DNA of 63,883 bases, counting the filler, from Choristocarpus tenellus KU-1152 (lineage: Eukaryota > Protista > Phaeophyceae): NCBI GenBank assembly GCA_964200185.2. It is 9 parts of 9 records of this genome, joined end to end, with 100 filler letters (N's around TTAATTAATTAA, not from the genome) between each part and the next. Parts side by side here need not be neighbours in the genome. Positions count along the whole stretch, not along the records: positions 2,639 to 16,908 come from CAXNAD020001241.1; positions 17,009 to 26,055 come from CAXNAD020004050.1; positions 26,156 to 33,393 come from CAXNAD020006486.1; 6 more parts are not named here. One strand, 5' to 3'. How positions within the stretch are numbered: the stretch's first letter is position 1; every line of letters begins with the position of its first letter. This document shows, one piece after another, positions 15,301-27,480 of the stretch. Under the pieces are notes generated by a model that was given only the letters and a program-made list of their open reading frames with translations, ran no database searches and had not been told where the DNA came from. Position numbers and translations under genes: made by a program.

Positions 15301-15676
15301 TCTTGTGTATGTCACCTTCTGGGTAGGTTGCATTGCTGCAAACAAGTCTGCCCACACCTTTTGCTCCTAACGCCTGAAAGGCATTTTGTGAAGCAGACTT
15401 GAGACAAGAAGCCACCCGTGAGTTCCTCCCTGAGTTGTCGCCCCTCCCCTGTGTTGCCTCTGTCCCTTGGCTGCCCTGAATTAAATGTCTGACCTCTACT
15501 TCCAAGGATGGCACCGGTAGCCTGCTCATCCGACAGGGACCCCCTGGTCCGTTTGGCTCTGGTCCTAGTGTGCATGTGTATCGTGATGGTGGTTTCACCA
15601 AGGATGATCTAGAGGTTGTGGTCAAGGGGTACCAGGAGGCTTGGTCTGGCTCATGGGCCAATGATGATTACTACCG
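12380..15676 (+). CDS. Probable mitochondrion-targeted protein, 5' part, possibly the N-terminal region of an At4g04180-like AAA+ ATPase. Exons 12380-12605, 12977-13063, 13355-13476, 14381-14602, 14839-14901, 15507-15676
   Basis: Six GT-AG exons with compatible phases (1,1,0,0,0) form one open frame. The N-terminus MLRLPTVITEVVTSRVLRASGLGLRK is Arg/Ser-rich. ANFNLPRSVNVIKVLSTIIG and SVHVYRDGGFTKDDLEVVV recall that family's N-domain from memory only; no Walker motifs are present in this contig. Confidence 0.6.
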
Positions 15677-18159
15677 GTGGGTTGTAATTTGATCCTGAAA
15701 ATGTTGTCCAATGTGGTGCGTGTGTAAGTTTTGGTGTGTGGAATAAATGTTTGTGTACTGGGTTCCTCTTGTCTGTATGACATTTTTGTGACTGTTGTGT
15801 ATTGTATGTGCAAGGTGAGTTTTGTACAGACATGGGTTGTTATTGTTTTTGAGAATTGTGCTTTTTAAATTTCTTTCTTACATAAGCTGCCTGCCAGTAT
15901 TCTGAAATTTTGTGTGTGTAGTGTGTGTTCGGACTGATTTATTTCGAGGATTGGGGGTTGTTTGTAGTTTTTTGGTACTGAGGCACACCTGTTGTCATTT
16001 TTACACCAAATCTACTGCATCCATCCATCCATCCAATATATGTGTAGAAAAGGGGGAGTGACTCTGTCATCACCAGAGGTACAAGTGCGATACAAGCTGA
16101 TCAAATAAAAGAACACTAAATGACGTTCTATCTCAATTTTCTCCTGATGGAATGTCAGTATCAATGACTGACTGATTGATTTTATGGGTCGTAGTTGGAT
16201 GGAACAGTTTCCATGTATTGATCAATGGTATGTAGTGTATATATTTGGCGAAGTGAAACTGTTCAAAAAATCAATATGTAACTAAAGAGGTCTTCCAATT
16301 GTACTCTGGGGATTTTTCACTTTTGTTGCTACTGGTGGTTCTAGTTTGCAACTTTGTCCCCGAGAGGAAGTTCTCCTTTGAAGTGATCCAAGAGTTGTAT
16401 GTGGTACTGACAACGGTGTGTGGTACTTCATCTTGTGACAAAATCAACCTTGCACATCCACTTTTTTTGCTTGACGAGGAAATTTTGAGGGTGGCTTCAT
16501 CTTGATTTGAAGCAACAATCACTGAGGCACAGATAATTAGAAAAGAAATTCTGACCTGTCAAAATGCTGAGTTTTTGAGTTCTATGAAATCAGAATAGAG
16601 CTTTCTTGGCTGATAATTTTATTTTTTTCTGATGCTTTGCTGTATTTGTGCTACAATTCAAGGCGAATCCACCCTCGATATTTCAAGTCTAAATTTGAAA
16701 ATTTAAATTGTCAGGCTTAGTTAAGTTGAATGAAATGTTTTCTTGTCAGTTGGATCGGCTTGCAGTTTTTGTAAAGGTAAGAATGGAGGCTGCAATTAGA
16801 AGGAAGTGCAAGGAGTCACTAAATATATACTGAAGATGATGAAATCTTACCGTGATCCCACCCACCCCCCCCTCCCCACCCCAGCCCACTCTACTCCTTC
16901 ACGGATACNNNNNNNNNNNNNNNNNNNNNNNNNNNNNNNNNNNNNNNNNNNNTTAATTAATTAANNNNNNNNNNNNNNNNNNNNNNNNNNNNNNNNNNNN
17001 NNNNNNNNTTTTTGGCCCCCCTCCCCCCCCCCCCCCCCCAGATACTTTGACCCAAGGAATACATCATTACATACTTGCTTGGGAGTGAACGGATGATATT
17101 ATATATTAAACAAACACTATCAACAATGAACAAGGAATGATAGACTTGGGTGGAGAGTGGGGTGTGTTGCTGAGCGAGATATTCCTGTTGGCTCAGGGTG
17201 ACAGTTACAACATTATTGTCTTAATCTCAATCAGTTTTCTGTTTATTGTACACCTATCACAGCACTATAAGAAAATCACCCACCCGTCAATGATCTACTT
17301 TGTTTTTACGATTTTCTACACACGTGTGTGTGTTTTTTTTCTGGGTTCATTATTTAGCATCTCTGAGCGTTCTGAGTCGTTTTTTGGGAGGATTTTGCTG
17401 AAATCAACAACTTTTTCAGCAGGATTCTGAAGCCACCCTCACACTTGGTAAGCACATGAGACCAGAAACCCATTGTATTTAGACATCCACAAAGGAAGCA
17501 GGGTCATGCACCTTCAAGTTACTCCTGTAGAGGACGGAAGAGGTCAACCTCCTCCACTAGATGCAAAAACAAACCCTCCAAAAAAAAGAAGCCTCTGGAA
17601 AGGTCAGAGGCCCTCCTTCACTATGCCCAACTCAACACACTTCAGAAAAGGTGAATGGCCACTCTCCTTTGAAACACTGCTTCAAATCGCCATACATTAT
17701 CAAGCACTGCATATAAAACAATGTTAAAGACAAGAGCACTGTTGTGACAAACCTAGAAAGGTGATGAGATTCAAGACCCATTTGATGGAAATCATTGGGT
17801 AGGACAAGGGCACGCGTTACTTGCAGGGTCCCAAAAGCTGAATCTTCCAGAGGGCATCCGAGATGGTGTCACAACAACCCCAAGACTAGGCCTCAAGAAA
17901 ATGATCAACCCTCTATCACTGACCTCACTCACTCAGACATCAATTTTGAATAGAGACAACATCATCGATAAGTGAGAGGGTTCCTAAAAGAAATATGTTA
18001 TCAGAAAGAGATGGTTGCAACAACCAATGCGGAAAAAAAGAAGGGTTGACTGGGGGGAGGTGGGAGGTGGGAGGTGGGAGGTGGCAGGTGGGTGGGCGTG
18101 GGGGTGGGGGGAGAGTTGTATCATCTGTCTCCTCAATTACCAACAGCATACAAACATGC

Positions 18160-21100
18160 CTCGTTTGTCTTCTCCTTTGTACCGCTGACTTCCTCCAGCT
18201 CTGCTTCTAACTCTGACACTTGGCGATCACGGACCTTGAGTTTCTCCTTTGCGCACTCAAACGTTTGTCGGTACTGGAGGTGAACCGGGCCAAATAAGCA
18301 GAATGAATGAAGAGCAAAGCAGGGAGGAGAGCGGAGGAACCCAACCCCACCTAACGGAGGTAGGGCCAAGGGTTTGAGATGGTTCGACCTGATCGATCAG
18401 ATGAAAGGTGATGAGTGCTCTGGTGCACCAAGAAAAAGCTCACTCAGGTTTGATCGTTTCGACCATTTCAGCAATTCTTGGTGTGGCCTTGAGTATCTGA
18501 CCTGAATTGAACCACGGATTTTGGTCCTCCGCATTTTGCCCCTGTTCTGAATCATGGGCTGATTCTGTAGAGTAAATATTACACTTATGTTGGCATCTTT
18601 CTTAAAAGGCGCCATGGACGAAAAAACGAGAAGCGATATAATCAAAGGTATTTTAACCATCAAGACTTGTGGAATATCCACTAAAACGATGGTGAAGGAC
18701 GACATGCTACAGAACTACATCAACACATCGCATGGCACTACGGAAAAACGATAAAACAAAAGTACTACTGCTCTACTAATATAAATGCTACCGTTTGCTT
18801 TGAAACGTTTCACGTTTCTTCACTGCTTCTGTAACTGCTATTACTGCGCATCAGTCCCTCTCGAATCTGTCGGTCAGAAGCATCAACGAGAAAAAAAATG
18901 TAAGAAGCAAAACTCATAGCATCAAAAAACAATAATGCAGGCACATGTGCATTTGGGTTGGGCAACCCGCAACAAACAGGTATGCAACACCATGACCAGG
19001 TAGGCACACACCAAAAAGGCACATGATGCATGTCGAATCACTCATTGCCTTTTCTCCTACCTCTGAGGTCTCAAACCGGATCCGACAGTGGATCTGGTGG
19101 AGGTAATGATGCCGACTTTTCGGCAAAGAGACGTCAAATGTCGAAGTCTAAGATCATTGGAGTTCCACCTTCTGCTGCTGTGGAACTAGGTCCTATACAT
19201 TGAGGTCTGTACCGGCATACTATTGGTTGAATCAGTAAGAAATCGTCACATATTGACCCAAAGTATCTGGCGGGGGTGGGAGGTCTACACCAGGGTGTCC
19301 ATTTGAACCAAAATCAGGAAAAGTGCATTTACATTATCCATCCAACGTATGCAACCAAATCACACACGAATTGCGAAATTAAAAAAAATGACCCCAAATG
19401 GACAGCTGCCACCCCCCCCAGATATTTTGACCCTATCATCAACATACCAATGTCCTGATGCTTGGCAGATCTTGGTCCTTGGAGTGTGGTGGCCGCCTTA
19501 GGACACATCAAATATTGTGTACTCTATGCACGTGTTCTGTACGAGAGGAACTGCCAGGAAAAAATGAATGTGTTTCTGATCTTTGTTGTGTTGATGCCTC
19601 CACACCAGTCTCTTACCCAGCAACCTTTTCTCTCCAGAGTGCTCAATGCCAACTCAGATCAGAAATATAGAATTGGAGCAGATGACGAGGTCCTCAGTCA
19701 TTCTAGTCCTTCTACTCTATACATACATACTCGGGGCATAGTATATATATATATGAAACCAATAATTCTGAGCTGACTATCTATACAATTACTTTGATGT
19801 GCTGCCTCTGCTATCACTTCACAAGTATTCCATTTACTGTTCCAGAAAAAAGTTGCTACAAAGCACATGTACGACATGTTTTACGCCCATATGACGTTTG
19901 CACCAGTCTTGTCTTCACTCATGGTGTGCACCATTCTGGGATGTGCACAGTTCCAATTCTCAATTGACCTATCTCAAAGAGATCAGACATTGAGTGTGCT
20001 TTCTATATAATGTATGTGACCCAGCCTATGGGACTCAACACCACAATCCCAGAGAATGGGCCAAACCATGTTCTGCACATGGGCATGAGATCATCGTCAT
20101 GAATTAACCCTATGGCCCGTGCTTCCAATAACCTGCTGGGCTTGTCTTCAAAGAACGTTCACTCTCAGAGGGTTGAAACAATCGCCTTCCAGAGGTCGCA
20201 TGTGAAACATAGATTTATAGGTTACAAGCACTGTTCAATGACCAGAAATCAAGTCAGAGAAACCATCAGCAAGCGTCAAAGGTATATCAATCTTGGAAGA
20301 ACTTCCCCAGTGTCAAAGTATCTTAGAGGGTAGAGCCGCGTCCATTTGGAGGCCAAATCCAATGTTGCAATTTTGATGTAATTTTGGGTATCATGTTTGT
20401 TAGGAGATGTCAATATCCATGTTGCGGACACACCTTTTCATAACATACACATTTTACATACTCCAAAACATTTTGGAGAAGATAAAATGTCATTAATAAC
20501 CCGTGGGAAGCCAAGCCCCAAATGGACAAACAGGGAAAAACTCGTACCCTCTAAAATACTTTCAAACCCAGTCAAGAGTGAAGAAGCCGGCACAGTCAAA
20601 ATAGTATCGCTGGCATGTACTATTTTATCTTTCTGCTTGGATGCCACAGGCGCTCAACATAGTTAGGTGCCAAGGGATTCATAGCAAACGACTTGGAGAG
20701 AGAACAACAGATCGCAGATCAACAGCCAAACAAAGTATCCTTGACAGGGTTGTTGCAGCACCATAGCTAACAGAGCACCCAACACACACTAGGTGTCAGT
20801 GGCACCTACTCAACGCCTACCTTCTTGCATGCGGGTGTCTGTACCCTCTACTCCGACCTCGATCTGGCCCCCGGGGAACAGAAATTTCGGTGGTCAATGG
20901 GCTCCACATCTTGCCCTCATGAATCGATGTGACCACATCAAGTTCTCAAGTCACTTGTTGCCAGTTCTTGGTCCAAGTTAACCATGTCAACATGTTAACA
21001 TTTCAAATGTGGACTCTTCTTCGTCCACCCTTTGACAAGATCGAATTGTCCTAAATCTTTACCCCTCCCAACACCTATTGTCCTGAACCCTGAGACAGCT

Positions 21101-22798
21101 CTTCCAACACAATCTTTCTCTCTGAGCCAGACTGCTTGAGGGGTAGGCAGGTTTGAACCCCTCTTGCATTCTAAGCTTCCATTCTTCCCTATGCAATGAA
21201 CTCTATTCCACTCCCTTATGTGCACAATAGTGTACGAAAAAATCGGTATTCCCTGTTTCCATACAGAAAGTGACACCAAAACTCAGCAAAGGATTTTTCT
21301 ACATCTGTACAAAATTGCATCCTTTTACCCTTTCTTGGGATCCTCCAAATGCAACCCTGCCTACCTCTCAGTTGGTTTGAGTTGCTGCTATCCTCCTCAT
21401 CAGCCATATCCTCATTGGAATGTTTATCTCCCTCTTCCTCAGAATCTCCCTCCGAGTCACCATCCCCACACTCAGCAGAGTTCTTCTCCTCAGCAGAGGC
21501 TTGTGAATCTTTAACTAGGATAACCATCAAAGATCTGCATGCCACATCCTTGTGGAGGGTCACTCCACTCACAGTGAAGAACAGAACCCACCTCTGATGC
21601 TTCTACACCACTTGAGGGTGTTTGGCCAGTGAAACTACTCCACTCAAGGCCTTGGCCTTTAAAGCCTTGGTGACCTAAATGGGGTGTAAGACTTACCCTG
21701 CATGAATCAATGGTTAACTCCATATGTGTTGACATGGGCGCTCTTGCCACTTCGGCTCGATTCACAGGGAATGAATATCCCAATACAGACTCCGCTTCAG
21801 AGAACTAAGGACGCAGAACAAGGTGTCTGCTGTGTTAGGTATGAATTGGCACCAACCATTTACCTCCGTTCAAGTCCTTCAAAATTCAGTTACCACTAAA
21901 TTGAGGAAATGATTTTATCTACTACGATATCTTCGCAAAGGTTCTCCTTGCAGAGTTCTACATTAAAGCTTAGAACGAACAACATTGGTGAACACAGTGC
22001 TGAGACTGCTTGTCTCCTTTAGCATTGTGTTCTATGGTGTGTGCAGCTTCGTCTATCTCTGTAACGCAGAGAGATCAAAATACAAAAGTGCATAACTCTC
22101 AATTAGACATACTATCTATGACCAAGCTCTAGAGTCATATGATTGCTTTTCAAGACAGATTAATTGTGGTTGGTCTCACTCCCTTGGTTTCATCGATTCA
22201 CCTGCAAGCACAGCTGCACTGCCCTGTCCCTGCTGATGATCACCTCCGCCAGTTTCCTTGGCGTCCCAAACTCCGATATGGGTATACCATCTTTCCCCAG
22301 TCGCCAGCATTTTCCTGACAAAATATCTCTCTCCATTCTAAACGGCGTAACCTCCCCTCCAATCGCTACCTCTCCCGAAGCTTGAGGTGCTCCAATATTT
22401 CCTTCCTCTCGATTTGAACTCCACTGAAGGCTCTTTCCAATCGCAGTCCTCGGTGACTGTTCTGTCTTATGTTCCCTTGTCTCACCTTTGTCATGGACTA
22501 CTTCTCCCTCCAGTCTGGGACTCCCTCCAGATATTATTGTGGGGGTAACATCCAAGTCAACGTTATCATCGTTTTGAGGTATCACCCCAACCACTGTTGA
22601 ACATTTATTTCCTATTTCCACTCCGATAGCGCGTGGAACAAACTCTGTACTTCCTTTCGACGCAAGACCTTCCCTTGGTGACCAAAGTCCTTTCCCTTCC
22701 AGGGTGGCAAGAGCGGATTGGAGGGAGGTCATCGCTTGGAGGCGACGGTCTCTTGCTCGCCGTAGCTCCAGTGGAAGCGGTGTGGTTGTAGATGCCAT
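18160..22798 (-). CDS. Hypothetical coiled-coil protein, 5' part. Exons 22798-22202 and 18273-18160
   Basis: A 199-codon first exon ending CAG|gtgaat joins in phase 0 to an exon reading YRQTFECAKEKLKVRDRQVSELEAELEEVSGTKEKTNE, giving a continuous heptad pattern. The second donor is probably GC. Confidence 0.55.
19255..19433 (+). mobile_element. MITE family A, full length (~180 bp)
   Basis: TIRs caaagtatctgg-G-run and C-run-ccagatattttg, with subterminal gtccatttg/caaatggac. Flanks TATT/TATC form a near-perfect 4-bp TSD. Confidence 0.85.
20310..20567 (-). mobile_element. MITE family B (~260 bp)
   Basis: TIRs tcaaagtatcttagagggta / taccctctaaaatactttca, with CCAG on both flanks. Confidence 0.85.
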
Positions 22799-23062
22799 AA
22801 TAAATCCCCTTTGGAATCAACCTTAGGTCTCTTCAATCCCATTCGGAATGAGGAGACTGGAAAAATGGGGAAATTGGGATGTGGACACTTGTTCAAGACG
22901 TCCTGTAACGTTGATATCGGCAGTTACTGACAAAAATCAATCATTTATCAATAATATTGATCGTATTTGGAGGACCTACAACAAATACCTATCACAAACT
23001 GGTCGACCAAGCAACAGGACTATTCGTAGAACCAGTATACCATCTGCCTTTTGTAGAGTGTG

Positions 23063-23176
23063 ATGCCTGAATTGGAGAATGTCAGCCAAAACTTTGTAAG
23101 AGACGTCATAGCTGCATTCGGGGCATCGTTTGGGGTTGCGCCCTTCATCACAATAGTCGATCGCGCCATTGTCCAG
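23063..23176 (+). CDS. Coding exon of a small membrane protein (mitochondrial-carrier-like hypothetical)
   Basis: MPELENVSQNFVRDVIAAFGASFGVAPFITIVDRAIVQ|gtagg. Hydrophobic helix with a PxxxxxDR motif; later exons were not identified. Confidence 0.5.
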
Positions 23177-25847
23177 GTAGGCAAGGCACCCTTCACGCAA
23201 TTTTGTCTCCCAGACTCATGTTTATACTATAAAATATGTAGTTCTATACCGCTAGCCTTCAACATGAAAGAGATGTTATTCTCGCTGTGTGTTGACCTTG
23301 CTCTATATTGGTCCGAATGCGCAGAATCCTTTCATCCTCGAGACTAAATTTGGCTCAAGGGGGAAGATGATGTCTACTTTGATGCAATGACGATGGTATC
23401 AATATCAATTCTAGAAGGGAGAGACTCTAGGAGTATATATTTAGAGACTTCTATCCGACTAGATTTCTTCGTTGTTGGTGTAAGGAGGGTTCGACTTCAG
23501 GCTACTGCGAATGTGTGGTCTGGATGGCGGTGGAATGAGGTGGATAGATGTGTGACCTTGGTGAACTACGACGTCTTGTAGAATCTCTATGACATAGAGT
23601 TTACGGTAGAATAAGATAGGATATACCTTATTTTATTTTGCTACTTACACCCCTATGTGTTGATGTGCCAATTTGCCGACTTTTCGGTGCCCGAATGAAG
23701 TTCTCTCTACAACTATGGTGTGAAGGACAAGAGGGAAGATTACCCTATCTGCATATACTCTTTTCCTTGACTCCTACATATCCTATAGTAGCTGAATCTT
23801 TAGAGGAAGTACACCTTTCGTTCTTCCCATTTTTTTCTCGGGAGTGGGACAAGTCCTCGATGTCCTAGCGTGGTGTCTGAGATAAACCCAATTGACCGCA
23901 GGTGCAGTTCATGCGACACCTCGTGTCGACGTAACTCTTAAATGAAACGAGGCAGAGTCAAGACTCCTGCGACTGATGAAAATATTGGAACTAGTTTGAT
24001 GTTACAAGAAGGGAAGAAACACCTAAGGAGTGTTCTGAGCAAAAAAATCATACCCAACAACCTATTCTTTGCCCATAATCAACAGCGCGTATCTATTCTG
24101 ACTGTAAGTAGTTATGCCTTTCTTTCTTGTATTACCAGAGAGCGAGACTGTTACAAATGGCAGCAGCGACTACATCTCAATATTTGGGTGAAGTCAAATG
24201 CTTGAAAATCGAATGTCTGGCTCAGTGGAATGACGAGACGAAAGCCATAGACAATCGGACGAAACACCGAAACACTCCAAATGTTCTTGTCTGCAAGAGT
24301 CCGAAAATGGCAGGAAGTAGTGTAAAGCAAGGGGCATTCAGATAGAAGCCAGAGAGGAGACGCATTCATGGGGCAAGGATACATCAGTAGTGGCAAACAT
24401 TGGAGGAGGACATGCTCATACCACAAGGTGTCATATACATTGGTACATCTTTTGTACTATATATGGAGTGAAGTGGTATTCATCTTTTTTTATCTTCTGG
24501 AATTTTTTCGAGTTAGAGTACAAACAAAATGTGGTCGGAATGTTGGCTGCAAATCGGATGTAATGCAGTTGGTTTGGGGTCCGAATTCCACGTGGAACTC
24601 AAGATGTGTTACGTTTTATACCAAATTTCGATCATTACTTCAGTCCTACAAAGTCGACTGGAGGCATTCAAAACGCGATAAAATCTGCTACAAGTCGATT
24701 CATGCCATGGAATATATACGGAATGAAGGCTAGTGTCCTAATGCATTGATCAAAGCTACAGTAGCAACTTCGATTCATGATACAACTTGCAATGGGGTGC
24801 ATTATCCGTATAAGGGAAGTGTTTCTGTTGGTATTCTTCTTGTTTTCATAGGTACGCGATTGTCTTACCTACTCATGATGTGAAACCTATGCCATTGGAA
24901 TGCTGATGTAGGACTCATAGGATATATACTAGGTGGCTCAAGTCGTTTTGGTTGGCAGTCCAGAACATTAGAAGAAAAAAATGTTTAGTGTATTCTGAGT
25001 GTACTTGGAGTACTCCGAATGTTACTGGATCATTTTTTGATATTCATCATTAAATTTCAGGCTCAGGTTCATCAGCTTTGACGTTGACATAGTTACCATC
25101 TTCCACGATGAGTTCCACCTCATATCCTCCTCCAAAATGTCCTCAAGTGCTCCCTCCTCTACAGCATCCGTTGGTCTCGCAATCTCATCCACATCTTTGA
25201 GTTAGTCCAGATCATTTATCGGGTTGAAAATATCTCCTTCCAATGTCCTGTCCTCCGTTGTGATGTGTTTTGTCATCTCCCTCCGAACATGGGCAGCCAG
25301 CTTGTCACAGTCTGCTGGTTTCCATCCACCCTCAATTTGATCCCGATTAGGTCACCGTTCCGCCCCATCCTTTTCTGGTCTCTAACTTGGGCAATCATTT
25401 TACCCTTTGCCATGAGGACCCCCCAGTATTCAACCAGGAATCTGTGAACATGTCCTTTCCTCTCCTCTGTCAAGGTTAGGATCTTGACTCAACCCCTTCT
25501 CTGCACATAATCCAAGCGCTTCAGTATAGTATCCAGACCCCTCAATGAGAGTTTCACCCCAAACCTTGCCTTTACCCAGGTCACCAAATCTTGACGGAAG
25601 ACCTCATTCATTTTCTCAATAAGTGCTGTGCAAAGATGAAGAGTTCCATCTGGTCAAGCTGCGATTAAAAGAGCTTTCACCTCTTATCGGAGTCCACTTG
25701 GACAATCCCCCTCCTAGTCCCAGAGGTGAAAAAGATCTCCCCTATCTCCTTCCAATTTTTCATGGTGCAAAAATTATTCTTGTATCCCACTCCCGATGCC
25801 AGGCAGACATCCTCCACCGCCCAAGTTTGGCCCGCATAGTTGAAGAT

Positions 25848-26001
25848 AGGCTCAAAGTATCTGGGAGGGGGTGGTAGCTGTCCATTTGGAGTCAACTTTT
25901 TCATGTCACGATTTTTGGGTGATTTAGTTGCATATGTCGGATGTTTACTGTAAATGCACTTTTCCTGATTTTGCCCCAAATGGACACCCTGGTGTAGACC
26001 C
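25848..26001 (-). mobile_element. MITE family A, reverse, one TIR missing
   Basis: Reverse complement of 19255-19433. Further A fragments lie at contig ends 17018-17053, 26024-26055, 26156-26227 and 51542-51621. Confidence 0.8.
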
Positions 26002-27480
26002 AGGAGTTTCCTGAGACTGCTTGGGGTCAATGTATCTGGGGGGGGTTGTCGGCGTNNNNNNNNNNNNNNNNNNNNNNNNNNNNNNNNNNNNNNNNNNNNT
26101 TAATTAATTAANNNNNNNNNNNNNNNNNNNNNNNNNNNNNNNNNNNNNNNNNNNNACAAAAAATCGCGACATGAAAAAATTGACCCCAAATGGACAGCCG
26201 CCACCCCCTCCCAGATACTTTGAGCCCATCATACAGTGTTACTAACTGCAATATACAGAGAAACATGTGGAACACCAATCAAGAGTAAATATACTGCATC
26301 AATGGATGACTACCAAATCAACAGGATACCTTTACCAAAAATTCTCGAATCTACTTCATTAATACTCTGGAATACCCAAGCATTGCTATAAAATGCTCTC
26401 AAAGATATATATTTTTTCATAATAGTTTAATCTCGGGGTTCTTTCGGTTGATCATATTTTTTTGTACATGGATTAGGTTTAGGCTATGCTATACCATGTG
26501 GTATCCCCTCACCTCAGACCCACGATCTACCGGTTCAGAACCGTTCAAAGATGCAATGGAGGTGGTCTGATTCATTGCACCTGGCAGTTCTAGGGGCCAT
26601 CGCCCTTCCCCCAAAATGTAGTCTCTTAATTCGCAGCCATCAAGAAAGGCTGCAACCTGTGCATCAAACGTTCAATGATCGTTCTGGTGTTTGTGTCTTG
26701 TAGGTGCTCATACTGGTGCCATGGATGAGGCCATTCTTATGACACGTTTTGTCGGCTTGTGTTGGAGATACTACTTGTTCCACTATTCCATCTTGTAGAA
26801 AAGGGCTCCGTGCTGATCGCCGGCCTACATCACAGGGGTTATATGCATGCTACCAGAGAGCATAGCTTTGAGGTACTCGCCAGATACACGATTACTTAGC
26901 GGTACAATACATGTGACTTAATGGTGGGTTCCAATGCCATCGACGTCATTATTCTTTTTATGGAGATCTGATTTGATATCCATCTTCACATGGCAAGGTA
27001 TATATGGGTGGTAATCCTTCTCTCTACAATTATCTCTGGCAATATCGCCAAAGCGTTGGGCCAAGAAATGAGGTGCCAAGTTTTCATTGCTCTGTGATTC
27101 TGAGTTTGGTACGGCACAAGATTCAAGGGAGGAGGTGGAGCAAAGAGAATGCGGAGTAATAATCAGTAGAAGTACTAAACCCAATGCATGTGAAGCAAGG
27201 CACAGAAAAAATGAGAGCAGTGGAAATAGCAGTAGTGCAATGGTTTGCTACAGTAGGTGGTATGAGAAGTGATGTGGTGTGCAGTGCCTCTGACAGCAAA
27301 GCGAGATACCTCCTGACAAAATAGCTAACAGCATTTAGAGTAGAAGTAGTACCAGTAGTACCAGTAGTAACAGAAGTAACGGAAATGGTAATACAAATGA
27401 CAGCACACTCTGGTACTGATCCACAAGATAGTAGACATGTGCGAGGGGCGATGGAGGCAAAGGGAAAAAATGTAGGGCAC

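Noticed and set aside
16271-16530. Possible decayed viral-type HNH endonuclease (IVASNQ, KQKKWMC, LDH)
   Set aside because: The motif fragments lie in different frames with several stops; too degenerate to support without a profile search.
26024-26227. One MITE A copy spanning the gap, which would validate contig order
   Set aside because: Both flanking fragments resemble the same terminus in opposite orientations, not two halves of one element.
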